Below, in pieces: positions 29,911 to 38,848 of a DNA stretch of 49,834 bases. Source of the stretch: Candidatus Uhrbacteria bacterium (lineage in GTDB: Bacteria > Patescibacteriota > Patescibacteriia > UBA9934); contig DMOG01000011.1 in the NCBI GenBank assembly GCA_003453595.1, positions 1-49,834 on the forward strand. Direction: 5' to 3'. Position numbers and translations under genes: made by a program. Under the pieces are notes generated by a model. The model did not search any database, was not told where the DNA came from, and worked only from the letters and a program-made list of their open reading frames with translations. Numbering within the stretch: the stretch's first letter is position 1; each line of letters begins with the position of its first letter.

Positions 29911-30036
29911 CTAGTCCTCGTCCTCCTCCTCGCGGTTGTCGGCGTTGTCTTCGTCCGCAGGCGAGGACTCGTGCGGGCTGGGCTCAGAGAGCCGGGCTCG
30001 CTCGGCGTTGGTCAGACCGTGGCGGTTGTCGTCCAT
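29911..30036 (-). CDS. Small acidic GC-rich orphan peptide, 41 aa
   Basis: AAAGGAG SD; TTGACA-17-TATCCT at 30098-30126; long GC hairpin near 29830-29885 downstream. Confidence 0.55.
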   Translation of the reverse strand: MDDNRHGLTNAERARLSEPSPHESSPADEDNADNREEEDED

Positions 30037-30146
30037 GGTCGCTCCTTTCACCTTGATGAACTCTTCTGCGATGCGAAGTGCAAAGCAAGAAGGTGTGAGG
30101 ATAGACAATTTGCTCAAAATTGTCAATGTCTGTATGCTTTTGTTGT

Positions 30147-31190
30147 ATGCGAATACTTGGGATTGAATCTAGTTGTGACGAAACGGCCATAGCCTTGGTA
30201 ACAGGCAAGGGTGATTGGCTTAAGGTTGAGAATTCGACTGTGTTGTCGCAGATTCAAACTCATCAGCAATATGGTGGGGTTGTGCCAGAAGTGGCAGCTC
30301 GTGAACACTTAGCAGCGATTTTTCCTATGCTAGAGCGTGAGCTTCCGTTTGACGGTCAAGGTATTGATGCTATTGCTGTTACCTCAGGCCCAGGCTTGGC
30401 ACCGGCTTTGCGAGTTGGCGTGGAGGTTGCCAAAGCACTGGCTTGGAGTTGGGGAGCACCACTTATTCCAGTCTGCCACATGGAAGGTCATGTTTACGCC
30501 AGCTGGTTGCCACGATCAAAAAGATTGTTTCCATTTTTTCCGCAAAGAGTTCCAAAATTTCCTGCCTTGAGTTTAATCGTGTCAGGTGGTCACACTGAGT
30601 TGGTGATGATGCATGATCATGGAAAGTTCGAGCGGATTGGTGAAACACTTGATGACGCCGCTGGTGAGGCGTTTGATAAAGTTGCCAAGATGTTAGGACT
30701 GCAATATCCGGGTGGACCAAATATTGCTCGCCTGGCAGTTGGTGGGAATAAGACTGCCTTTGATTTTCCGCGGGGCATGATTGAGCGGGATGATTTTACA
30801 TTTAGTTTTTCTGGAATCAAAACTTCAGTGCTTTACACTTTACGAAAAAATGAAGACAAGCTTGATGACGCTAAGTTCAAAAGCGACATTGCCGCTTCGT
30901 TCCAGGAAGCAGTGGTTGATGTGCTTACTCAAAAGTCAATGAGAGCCATTGAGCAGTACAAACCAAAGTCATTTATTTTGGCTGGCGGAGTGGCGGCGAA
31001 CATTGAACTTCGAAATAGGATTATCAAAGAAGGGGAGAGACGAGTAACAAGAGTTTTTGTACCACCATTTTCTTACTCAGTAGACAATGCGGCTATGATT
31101 GCCGCAGCTGGTTACTTCCGCGCTCGGAATCCAAAAAACTTCATCGAGCCGGTGGATTTGGTGGCGGATTCTAATATGGATATTGTTTGA
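30147..31190 (+). CDS. tsaD: tRNA N6-adenosine threonylcarbamoyltransferase
   Basis: ILGIESSCDET, GGVVPEVAAREH, HMEGH, VSGGHTEL, DDAAGEAFDK, FSFSG, DNAAMIA. Confidence 0.98.
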   Translation: MRILGIESSCDETAIALVTGKGDWLKVENSTVLSQIQTHQQYGGVVPEVAAREHLAAIFPMLERELPFDGQGIDAIAVTSGPGLAPALRVGVEVAKALAWSWGAPLIPVCHMEGHVYASWLPRSKRLFPFFPQRVPKFPALSLIVSGGHTELVMMHDHGKFERIGETLDDAAGEAFDKVAKMLGLQYPGGPNIARLAVGGNKTAFDFPRGMIERDDFTFSFSGIKTSVLYTLRKNEDKLDDAKFKSDIAASFQEAVVDVLTQKSMRAIEQYKPKSFILAGGVAANIELRNRIIKEGERRVTRVFVPPFSYSVDNAAMIAAAGYFRARNPKNFIEPVDLVADSNMDIV

Positions 31191-31191
31191 T

Positions 31192-31617
31192 ATGTTCACA
31201 TCAAAGTCTGAACAACAAACAAAAGATATTGCCAATGATTTTGCAAAGACGCTTAAGGGCGGGGAAGTGATTGAGCTGGTTGGTGATTTGGGAACTGGCA
31301 AAACTGTTTTTGTGCGGGGGATTGCTCAGGCGTTTGGGTCTGACGCCAGAGTCAAAAGTCCGACTTTTACGATTATGAATGAGTATCCAGTTAAAGCTCA
31401 GCAAGTTAAAAAGGTAATTCACATTGATCTATATCGTTTTAATGATGCTTCGCAACTTTCTGCTCTGGAGCTTGATGAGGTCATGACAGCTGACTCAGTT
31501 GTTTGTATCGAATGGCCAGATATTTTTGGTCAGTCACCATTTCATCCAACTCATCGCATTAAGATCGATCATGTTGATGAAGAGACGAGAGAGATTGAGA
31601 TTGAAAGCCTTAGTTAA
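31192..31617 (+). CDS. tsaE: t6A biosynthesis ATPase
   Basis: GDLGTGKT, VKSPTFTIMNEY, HIDLYR, IEWP. Confidence 0.96.
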   Translation: MFTSKSEQQTKDIANDFAKTLKGGEVIELVGDLGTGKTVFVRGIAQAFGSDARVKSPTFTIMNEYPVKAQQVKKVIHIDLYRFNDASQLSALELDEVMTADSVVCIEWPDIFGQSPFHPTHRIKIDHVDEETREIEIESLS

Positions 31618-31631
31618 TTTTTGTCTAATTT

Positions 31632-31704
31632 CTCCCCTTTCGAAGGGGGAGGTAGCCTGCCGTTCCATAGCTCCATCATTAGTGGGGCGAAGGACGGAGG
31701 GAGT
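31632..31704. repeat. REP-like palindrome with nested insert
   Basis: CTCCCCTTTCGAAGGGGGAG GTAGCCTGCCGTTCCATAGC...GCGAAGGACGGAGGGAG. Confidence 0.5.
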
Positions 31705-31713
31705 CGTGTGTTT

Positions 31714-31995
31714 ATGAAATCAAACAAGCAAAGTCTTAGCGAAACACTTTTAAGTGTTGCCCAAATAGATCCAAGCCTCCCGAGCTTGGATTTGCACGGG
31801 TTAAGTGTTCACGAGGCAGAGCTTGAGGTTGATCATTTTTTATCGCAACAACTTTATAGAAAAGAACGAGTTGTGAGGATAATTTGTGGAGTTGGAACAG
31901 GCGCACTCGCTGACGCAATTTGGGAATTTGTTCAAAAACATCCAGTGGTCGAGATGGCAAAATCAAAAGGGTCAGAGATTTTTGTAGTGTTATAA
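31714..31995 (+). CDS. Stand-alone Smr (MutS2 C-terminal) domain protein
   Basis: LDLHGLSV.EA...RIICGVGTGAL. Confidence 0.88.
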   Translation: MKSNKQSLSETLLSVAQIDPSLPSLDLHGLSVHEAELEVDHFLSQQLYRKERVVRIICGVGTGALADAIWEFVQKHPVVEMAKSKGSEIFVVL

Positions 31996-32043
31996 GATAT
32001 AATATTTGTATTACCATCTTAAAAAGATGTGGATGCATAAAAT

Positions 32044-32109
32044 ACAAAACAAAAAACCCACACACCTATTATCATTTTTACTGTAATAATAGGTGTGTGG
32101 GTTGTTTTG
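32044..32109. terminator. Long bidirectional terminator closing the small-gene array
   Basis: AACCCACACACCTATTAT...ATAATAGGTGTGTGGGTT with A/T flanks. Confidence 0.75.
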
Positions 32110-32114
32110 CGTAT

Positions 32115-32187
32115 CTGCCAATGCTCATCACATGTGAGTTAATCGACGATCGTCGATTAACTTGATGTTGGTGATGAGAATTGGCAG
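32115..32187. repeat. Array palindrome P1
   Basis: 32121-32185 is identical over 65 bp to 32354-32418; centre GTTAATCGACGATCGTCGATTAAC. Confidence 0.92.
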
Positions 32188-32195
32188 GCCCACGA

Positions 32196-32321
32196 TCATT
32201 TTCGATCGCGGGGAGAGCGACCACCGTAGCTGGCGGTCGCCGTGATGATCTTGGCAAACTGGCCGAAAAGCCAGTTGCCGAAGGGGGTGCGGGCAATTAC
32301 GCCCGCGATGAGGTTTGCCAT
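32196..32321 (-). CDS. 41-aa amphipathic/cationic peptide MANLIAGVIARTPFGNWLFGQFAKIITATASYGGRSPRDRK (not in the ORF track)
   Basis: GGAGG SD 7 nt before ATG, GC3-rich codons, fills the space between P2 and P1. Confidence 0.7.
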   Translation of the reverse strand: MANLIAGVIARTPFGNWLFGQFAKIITATASYGGRSPRDRK

Positions 32322-32345
32322 GATTTTTCCTCCATGGCGTTGTAG

Positions 32346-32422
32346 GTCCACCGATGCTCATCACATGTGAGTTAATCGACGATCGTCGATTAACTTGATG
32401 TTGGTGATGAGAATTGGCGGAC
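32346..32422. repeat. Array palindrome P2
   Basis: GTCCACCG-[65-bp core]-GGAC, followed by the perfect 22-bp palindrome CGCCCAGCGAGCTCGCTGGGCG. Confidence 0.92.
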
Positions 32423-32461
32423 GCCCAGCGAGCTCGCTGGGCGAAGGAGGGGTCGGAAGTG

Positions 32462-32692
32462 TCATCTTGGTCGTGTCCCCCCGTCCAACTTCTCATCGTA
32501 GGTGATGTGGCACCAGAAAACGGTTGGTGCCATGAAAATGATCAGCAATACGATGCTGAAGGCTCCGTAGAGTATTGCTCTCACCAGGCTACCCGAACCT
32601 TCGTAGGCCACGAGGCAGCCGAAGGTGAATGTTCCACCCACGATGATCTGGATGATCCAGCGTTTGAAGAGGTTGGAAATTCGTTCGATCAT
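32462..32692 (-). CDS. 76-aa two-TM membrane protein
   Basis: MIERISNLFKRWIIQIIVGG...; AAAGGA upstream; lies between P3 and P2. Confidence 0.7.
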   Translation of the reverse strand: MIERISNLFKRWIIQIIVGGTFTFGCLVAYEGSGSLVRAILYGAFSIVLLIIFMAPTVFWCHITYDEKLDGGTRPR

Positions 32693-32731
32693 TTCTTTCT
32701 TCCTTTCTTGTGGTCTTTCGACCGGTTGTAG

Positions 32732-32772
32732 GTCCACCAAAGGCCAATAGTGATTATTGAACTTTGGCGGAC
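32732..32772. repeat. Array palindrome P3 (short variant)
   Basis: GTCCACCAAAG GCCAATAGTGATTATTGAA CTTTGGCGGAC. Confidence 0.8.
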
Positions 32773-32783
32773 CTGCGAGGCTC

Positions 32784-33209
32784 CTAAGGTCTCGCAGGAG
32801 GAGGGGGATGGGGTGGGCGACGGCCACCACCACGTCGCCCTCGGGGTCGTTGTCCCCCTTGGTAGATGTGGTAGTGGATCGTCTGGGGCCTCTGGTTGTT
32901 TTGCCGTCGCCCTGGCTGTCCGCTGACCAGCCGATAGACGAACGGCACCCCGTACCAGAGGGCCAAAATTGGGGCGGAGATGGGCAAGGAGGCCGCGATG
33001 GCGTTGACCATCACAGTCCTCCGGACCAGTGTTGAAATGGTCCCACCACCGATGCCAAAGACCGAGAGGCCGATGGCGATCAGGTAGATCGGGGAACACA
33101 TCAACACGGTCCAGATTGCCCACCCGGACCAAAGCGCGAAGATTCCCGCGACCGCCTGCATGAGGACGGCCGGGACCTGCGCCAGGATCCAATTCAATTG
33201 ACCGATCAT
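32784..33209 (-). CDS. 141-aa membrane protein with Arg/Gly/Pro-rich tail
   Basis: AAAGGAG SD, about 3 hydrophobic segments, tail GRRGGGRRPPHPPPPARP. Confidence 0.75.
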   Translation of the reverse strand: MIGQLNWILAQVPAVLMQAVAGIFALWSGWAIWTVLMCSPIYLIAIGLSVFGIGGGTISTLVRRTVMVNAIAASLPISAPILALWYGVPFVYRLVSGQPGRRQNNQRPQTIHYHIYQGGQRPRGRRGGGRRPPHPPPPARP

Positions 33210-33261
33210 GTCGGTCTCCTTTCAGCCTGTTATGGCTTTGTATCGGGTTTAAGGTTTGAAT

Positions 33262-33346
33262 GTCCACCAATTACCATCAGAATTATTTTTCAGTTTATGT
33301 CCGATCGGACCAAAAGTGAAAAATATCGTGATGAGCATTGGCGGAC
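33262..33346. repeat. Array palindrome P4
   Basis: GTCCACCAATT...GTCCGATCGGAC...GTGATGAGCATTGGCGGAC. Confidence 0.85.
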
Positions 33347-33394
33347 CCTGCGAAGCTCCAGGTGGGAGGGTCGCAGGAGATTTTTGGCCAACGA

Positions 33395-33664
33395 TCAGGG
33401 GTGACCGTTGTCGGGACGGGATGTTGTGGCCAGGGCGCCGACGAGGGCGCCGATGAACATGGCGGGGACAAGTCCCCAGTCCATGCCGGCCTGGAAGGCC
33501 GACCTGCTCATGTCGAGCAGGCTTGTGACCTGCTCGAGGGCGAGCCACCACGCCAGTCCGAAGACCAGAGCGATGGCGCCGACGATCAGGCATCGACGCA
33601 TAAAGGCGTCGGCGTCGGCGATTTGTGCCTGGCTTGGGATGTCAGTCTGCATCTGCTCGGGCAT
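33395..33664 (-). CDS. 89-aa two-TM membrane protein
   Basis: AAGGAGGG SD; CLIVGAIALVFGLAWWLAL and GLVPAMFIGALVGALA helices. Confidence 0.75.
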   Translation of the reverse strand: MPEQMQTDIPSQAQIADADAFMRRCLIVGAIALVFGLAWWLALEQVTSLLDMSRSAFQAGMDWGLVPAMFIGALVGALATTSRPDNGHP

Positions 33665-33731
33665 TTAGCCCTCCTTCTGCTTTCAGCGTGAGCATCTCAA
33701 ACCAGGATTATTCCAGGCTCAAGAAGGGCTA

Positions 33732-33760
33732 AACATATCATAAAATATTACTTTTGTCAA
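33732..33760 (-). promoter_or_regulatory. sigma70 promoter of the four-gene array
   Basis: TTGACA-17-TATGTT with extended TG. Confidence 0.7.
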
Positions 33761-33771
33761 TGTCGGGGCAC

Positions 33772-33799
33772 AAAAATCCAGCCAATATTGGCTGGATTT
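33772..33799 (-). terminator. Terminator downstream of pilB
   Basis: AAATCCAGCCAATATTGGCTGGATTT palindrome with a T-run on the minus strand. Confidence 0.7.
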
Positions 33800-33817
33800 A
33801 TAAGTTTCGATTTTGTT

Positions 33818-33971
33818 TTGGGGTCAGGTCTTTACTCGGAACTGTTAAGTAAAATTTTGCTATTATTTGCACTAAAATCGTTTTTTCTATATATAGACCC
33901 GAATAATTTTTTATCAAAATTTATTATTTCTTAGGAATGTGATGGTGTTCCGAGTAAAGACCTGACCCCAA
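33818..33971. mobile_element. MITE/REPIN-like element with 24-25 bp terminal inverted repeats
   Basis: TGGGGTCAGGTCTTTACTCGGAAC, about 104 bp of AT-rich DNA, GTTCCGAGTAAAGACCTGACCCCA; arms identical to 14426-14477. Confidence 0.7.
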
Positions 33972-33976
33972 TTTGA

Positions 33977-35749
33977 TTAAAGTCCGGCGACGCGTTGGAT
34001 TTCTTCGATTGAGGTTTGGCCCCCAAGTGCTTTTAAAAGTCCGTCTTGGGTCATGCTAATCATTCCTTGAGCGCTGGCGATTTCTCGCATTTGGTATTCT
34101 GAAATCTCGCCTGACAAAATGATTTTTTCAATTTCTGTGTTTTTCACGAGAATCTCATAAATACCAACCCGGCCTTTGTAGCCTGTTTTGTGACAAGCGT
34201 CACAGCCAGCGCCTTTGAAAAACTTCATGTTGGTTGTGTCTGGCTTTGGTTCACCTGAGCTTTCTGGGATTGCATCTAACAGTTCTTTTATTTTTACCAA
34301 AGTCACTTCATTGATTTTATCTTCTTGTTTGCAAGCTTCACAGACCCGACGCACAAGTCGTTGTCCCATGATTGCATTTAGTGCTGGCGCCAGTAAAAAT
34401 GGTTTGACTCCCATGGCGGAAAAACGAGGGATTGCTCCGGCAGCGTCGTTGGTGTGAATTGTGGAAAGCAGTAGGTGTCCTGTAAGTGCTGCTTGAATCG
34501 CGGTCTCAGCAGTTTCCAAGTCACGAATTTCTCCCACCAGAATGATGTCTGGATCTTGTCGCAGAATTGATCGCAAACCTTTGGCAAAAGTATAATCTTT
34601 TGATTGATCGATCTGGCTTTGGTTGATCCCTGCTAATTTATATTCAACTGGATCTTCAAGCGTGATGATCTTTACACCTGGTTTATTCAAGTGCTTAAGA
34701 ATTGCGTACAGAGTTGTTGTTTTACCAGATCCAGTTGGTCCAGTTGTTAAAATCATGCCGTGTGGTTTTTCAATTTCATGCATGAGTCTGTCAAAGGCAG
34801 GCTTGCGGAATCCTAGTTGGGAAAACTCAAGTTGAATTGATTCTGGATTTAAAATACGCATTACCACTGACTCGCCCCAAGCAGTGGGAAGCGTGGAAGT
34901 ACGAACATCAATTTTTTTATCTTTTTGGTAGATTGTAAATCGTCCGTCTTGTGGCTTGTCCAAAACATTTAATTTTAATCCAGCGATTAATTTGATGCGG
35001 TTGATAATTTTTTTCCACTGATCTTTTTCCAACTCAGCCACATCTTGTAGTATGCCATCAACTCGCAGACGAACCGCGATTCCTTTTTCTTCTGCTTCAA
35101 TATGGATGTCAGATGAACCAAGTTTTAAAGCTGCAGCCACAACGATTGCCAAAACATCAGTGATGCTCGCTTGTTTTAAGATTGTGCCAATGGCTTCAAG
35201 ATTGTCCATTCTTTTTTGATATTCAACCAATTCCTCTTCTTTTATTTGTACTCCCTTAACAATCTCGCGAATTTTTGGCAGGGTGTTATAAAGTCTAACC
35301 GCATGCGTAAATGAATCCTCGGTAATTTTATATAAAACCGCATGGGTTTTGTATCGTTCACCAAGTTCAAACGCAAGTTGTTTAATACCATCATCTTGCG
35401 GGTTTACCGAACCAATGCGAAGTTCTGGACCAGTGTATAAGAAACACAAAGTTTTTAGTTCCATTGCTTTTTCTTCTTCAATCAAACGAAGAGCGTCAGG
35501 GCTAATAGCAAATCCCACCAGATTGATATAGGGAAGTCCAAGTGCGGCTGAGATTTGTTCTGCTTCTTGTTCCTTTGACCCAACTTCCATCTTTTCCATT
35601 TTATGTTCAAGCTTTTCAGTTGGGGAAAGTTCTTCTTCTGTTTTCCCAGTGTCCTTTGGTTCTGTCTTTTTTGTATCAAAAAGAGGATCTGCTGATTGCG
35701 CAGTTGATTGTTGCAAAAGGTCTTCGATTGATGGAAAGCCGTCGGCCAT
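33977..35749 (-). CDS. pilB: Type IV pilus assembly ATPase PilB (GspE/PulE family)
   Basis: SDIHIE, RVDGIL, PQDGRF, TGPTGSGKTTTLY, TLEDPVEY, LRQDPDIILVGEIRD, CEAC...GCDAC. Confidence 0.93.
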   Translation of the reverse strand: MADGFPSIEDLLQQSTAQSADPLFDTKKTEPKDTGKTEEELSPTEKLEHKMEKMEVGSKEQEAEQISAALGLPYINLVGFAISPDALRLIEEEKAMELKTLCFLYTGPELRIGSVNPQDDGIKQLAFELGERYKTHAVLYKITEDSFTHAVRLYNTLPKIREIVKGVQIKEEELVEYQKRMDNLEAIGTILKQASITDVLAIVVAAALKLGSSDIHIEAEEKGIAVRLRVDGILQDVAELEKDQWKKIINRIKLIAGLKLNVLDKPQDGRFTIYQKDKKIDVRTSTLPTAWGESVVMRILNPESIQLEFSQLGFRKPAFDRLMHEIEKPHGMILTTGPTGSGKTTTLYAILKHLNKPGVKIITLEDPVEYKLAGINQSQIDQSKDYTFAKGLRSILRQDPDIILVGEIRDLETAETAIQAALTGHLLLSTIHTNDAAGAIPRFSAMGVKPFLLAPALNAIMGQRLVRRVCEACKQEDKINEVTLVKIKELLDAIPESSGEPKPDTTNMKFFKGAGCDACHKTGYKGRVGIYEILVKNTEIEKIILSGEISEYQMREIASAQGMISMTQDGLLKALGGQTSIEEIQRVAGL

Positions 35750-35753
35750 AATT

Positions 35754-36743
35754 TTACTTCAAGATTTTCCTGAGCATATGCTCGAGTGCAGGGAAGTGGG
35801 AATATCTTTCCAGATAATTACACATTTGTGTCCAGGCTGCATAATTAAAAGTGGTAATTGCTCCAGCATATATTATTACCAGAGCTGTGGTTATGAGTAG
35901 TGCTAAAAAAGTAATTATCGAAAGCAAGACATATGATCCAATCAAAAGTGTCATTTCAAAAATCATACCAGCGATAATAGCTACGCAGAGCAAAATAACA
36001 AATAAAATCGCTGAAGTAATAAAGTTTACAATAAATAAAATTAAAGAAAGCTCAAAAGTTACTAGCCAGTGATTGCGCAATAAGCTCATTGCTCGCACCA
36101 TTGTTTTGCCAATTGATGCATCTTTTTTTACTAAACCAATCAAAGCGATCATGCCAAAAACCTCGATAAAGAAAGCAAATGGCAGGGCAATGGCAAATAC
36201 ACCAGTTCTAATTAAAGCGTCCAGAGAAGAATCGCTGGTTGATAGCCAGGCAAGTGCCAAAGTTGTACAGCCAATAACAATCACGAAAAGTATTTTCATG
36301 ATTGCATTAATAGAGAACAGCCGAAGAATGTGAATATGGCGAAGTTGTTTGCAGATTGATTTCCAAGAATGTTCTTTTTTGCCTTTGGAAACAAATAAGA
36401 GCAACATGTGCTGGGCAACTAAGGCAATAAAAACTATTAATACAAATATCAAGATACAAATAGAGATGGAAAGCAATAGATGCGGAGTTTCCAATAAGGC
36501 CATGTTTCTTGCATAACTTAATACCCAAGAGAAGAAGGGACTAATTTGAGCAAGCTGTTGCGTTCCCAGTTTGTCAGCACTTTGTAAATGCAAAAATGTT
36601 CTTATTAGCGTATTGAAAACTGCGCCTGTGTAAACAAGACCAGCTAGTGCGGCTAATGCCCACCATTGTTTTTGTTCAAGCGTAATCTCCCACGCATTTT
36701 TAAGAATTTTTATGTAAGTGTTCATTGATTTAGCAATGCTCAT
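35754..36743 (-). CDS. Hypothetical polytopic membrane protein
   Basis: 6-7 TM helices; TATAAT and AAGGAGG before ATG 36743. Confidence 0.75.
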   Translation of the reverse strand: MSIAKSMNTYIKILKNAWEITLEQKQWWALAALAGLVYTGAVFNTLIRTFLHLQSADKLGTQQLAQISPFFSWVLSYARNMALLETPHLLLSISICILIFVLIVFIALVAQHMLLLFVSKGKKEHSWKSICKQLRHIHILRLFSINAIMKILFVIVIGCTTLALAWLSTSDSSLDALIRTGVFAIALPFAFFIEVFGMIALIGLVKKDASIGKTMVRAMSLLRNHWLVTFELSLILFIVNFITSAILFVILLCVAIIAGMIFEMTLLIGSYVLLSIITFLALLITTALVIIYAGAITTFNYAAWTQMCNYLERYSHFPALEHMLRKILK

Positions 36744-36885
36744 ATTCCTCCTTGTTAATATCGATTCTATTATAGCAAAAGAAGAGTAGAATGTAGAATG
36801 TAGGAAGACGGATAAGGAGATTAAATAAAGAACTGACACTGGGTGTGTCAGTTCTTTGTACTTTTAATTTTCCTCTTTCTACTTT

Positions 36886-38715
36886 TTATCCTTTGCTTCC
36901 TGCTTTTTCCCCCATTATCTTATCAAAAGTTTCTTTTTCAATTGTTTCTTTTTCTAGAAGTTCAGCTACAATTTTTTCCACTAGTCCTTGATTTTCATTA
37001 ATTACTTTATTAGCAGTTATCAAAGCTTCATTTACCAGTCTGAGTATTTCTTCATCAATTTCTTGAGCTGTTTTTTCTGAGTAATCACGATTCTCGTGGA
37101 TTTCTCGACCCAGGAAAATCATGTCTTCGCGTTCTCCATAGGTTCTTGGTCCCATTTTTTCACTCATTCCGTACTGGGTGACAAGATTGCGGGCAAGCTT
37201 GGTGGCGCGGCTTAAATCATTTGATGCTCCAGTGGTGCGATCGCCAAACATTTTTTGTTCAATAGCATATCCGGCCAACATCATTGCCAGTTCGTCGATA
37301 AACTCGGCGCGGAAGTGCATTTTCTTGTCTTCACTTGGTAAGCTCATTGTGTAACCTGCTGCCCGACCTCGGGAGATAATTGAGATTTTGTGAACATCGT
37401 CGCAATTTGGCAATATGTGTCCAACAATTGCATGACCAGCTTCGTGATAGGCAGTAACTCGTCGTTCTTTATCAGACAAAATATTACTTTTTCGCTCTGG
37501 TCCAAGCATTACTTTTTCAATGGCGCTTAATAGATTATTTTGAGCAATGATTTTTTTATTTTCACGAGCTGTCAAAATTGCTGCTTCGTTCATTATGTTC
37601 ATTAGATCTGCACCAGAAAATCCCACAGTTCGTTCAGCTACTCGTTGCAAATCAGTGTCTTCACCAAGCGGCTTGCCTTTAGCGTGAATATCCAAAATTG
37701 ATCTTCGATCTTTCAATGATGGCAAGTCTAAGGTAATACGGCGATCAAATCTTCCTGGTCGCAAAAGTGCTGGGTCAAGCACATCAGGACGGTTTGTGGC
37801 GGCAATTACGATTACTCCCATGTTTGGTGCAAAGCCATCCATCTCAACCAAGATTTGGTTTAGGGTTTGTTCGCGTTCGTCATGTCCACCACCAAGTCCG
37901 GCTCCGCGTTGTCGTCCGACAGCATCGATTTCATCAATAAAGATAATACATGGTGCGGCCTTTTTTGCTTTGCCAAATAAATCTCGTACTCGTGATGCGC
38001 CAACGCCCACAAACATTTCTACAAACTCTGATCCGGAAATATGGAAGAAAGGAACATTAGCTTCACCAGCAACCGCTCGAGCTAAAAGTGTTTTTCCAGT
38101 TCCGGGAGGTCCCATAAGTAGAACGCCTTTTGGAATCTTGGCTCCAACTTCTGTGTACTTTTTTGGATGTTTGAGAAAATCAACTACTTCGTATAATTCT
38201 TCTTTTGCTTCTACTTCTCCGGCCACATCCTTGAATTTGACTTGATCTTTTTTACTAATCACTTCTTTTGCCTTTGTTTGACCAAAGCTTAAAGCGCGAT
38301 TGTTTGCACCTTGCATTTGTCCAATTAAGAACCAGAAGATTATCAAGAAGCCAATTAGGAAAAGAAGGGTAGGGAGTGCTGTGCGTAAAAGCGAAATCCA
38401 CATGCTTTCTTCAACAACTTGAATGTTGATTGTGGCTAATTGTTCACCGGTAACACCATAGTTGGTAAGAAGATCAGACAAAGATTCGCCTGGTTCTTTT
38501 TTCATTTCATATGGAGTTTCATTTGTGCCGGTAATTGATAATGTATCTTCTTGCACTTCTATTTTAGACACTTCTCCGGCTGCGATTTTCTCAACCAGAG
38601 TAGATGTTCCTATTACTTCTGGCTCCGGAGCTTTTAGGTCATATGAGGAAAAAATGATTCCAAGAGCCAAGATGACTAGCAAAAAGATGATTATATTTTT
38701 GGAAAGTGGTTTCAT
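36886..38715 (-). CDS. ftsH: ATP-dependent zinc metalloprotease FtsH
   Basis: 2 TM helices, [46 protein letters not shown]. Confidence 0.98.
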   Translation of the reverse strand: MKPLSKNIIIFLLVILALGIIFSSYDLKAPEPEVIGTSTLVEKIAAGEVSKIEVQEDTLSITGTNETPYEMKKEPGESLSDLLTNYGVTGEQLATINIQVVEESMWISLLRTALPTLLFLIGFLIIFWFLIGQMQGANNRALSFGQTKAKEVISKKDQVKFKDVAGEVEAKEELYEVVDFLKHPKKYTEVGAKIPKGVLLMGPPGTGKTLLARAVAGEANVPFFHISGSEFVEMFVGVGASRVRDLFGKAKKAAPCIIFIDEIDAVGRQRGAGLGGGHDEREQTLNQILVEMDGFAPNMGVIVIAATNRPDVLDPALLRPGRFDRRITLDLPSLKDRRSILDIHAKGKPLGEDTDLQRVAERTVGFSGADLMNIMNEAAILTARENKKIIAQNNLLSAIEKVMLGPERKSNILSDKERRVTAYHEAGHAIVGHILPNCDDVHKISIISRGRAAGYTMSLPSEDKKMHFRAEFIDELAMMLAGYAIEQKMFGDRTTGASNDLSRATKLARNLVTQYGMSEKMGPRTYGEREDMIFLGREIHENRDYSEKTAQEIDEEILRLVNEALITANKVINENQGLVEKIVAELLEKETIEKETFDKIMGEKAGSKG

Positions 38716-38805
38716 AGTAAGAACAGGCAGTTAACAAATAATTCTTATTTAGCGTTGGTATTGTGTCAGAAAAGCAGTGTTTTGACAACTTTATGCAATT
38801 GTAAG

Positions 38806-38830
38806 ACAAAACCCCGCAATGCGGGGTTTT
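38806..38830. terminator. rpsA terminator
   Basis: CAAAACCCCGC AAT GCGGGGTTTTG. Confidence 0.8.
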
Positions 38831-38848
38831 GCTATTAGTCAGTTTTGA

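Noticed and set aside
32115-32422. CRISPR array suggested by the 65-bp direct repeat
   Set aside because: Only two identical copies, too long, the 168-bp spacer encodes a peptide, and no cas genes are present.
32115-33346. Canonical integron attC sites
   Set aside because: No RYYYAAC...GTTRRRY boxes at the hairpin ends on the coding strand and no intI in the window; kept only as an architectural analogy.
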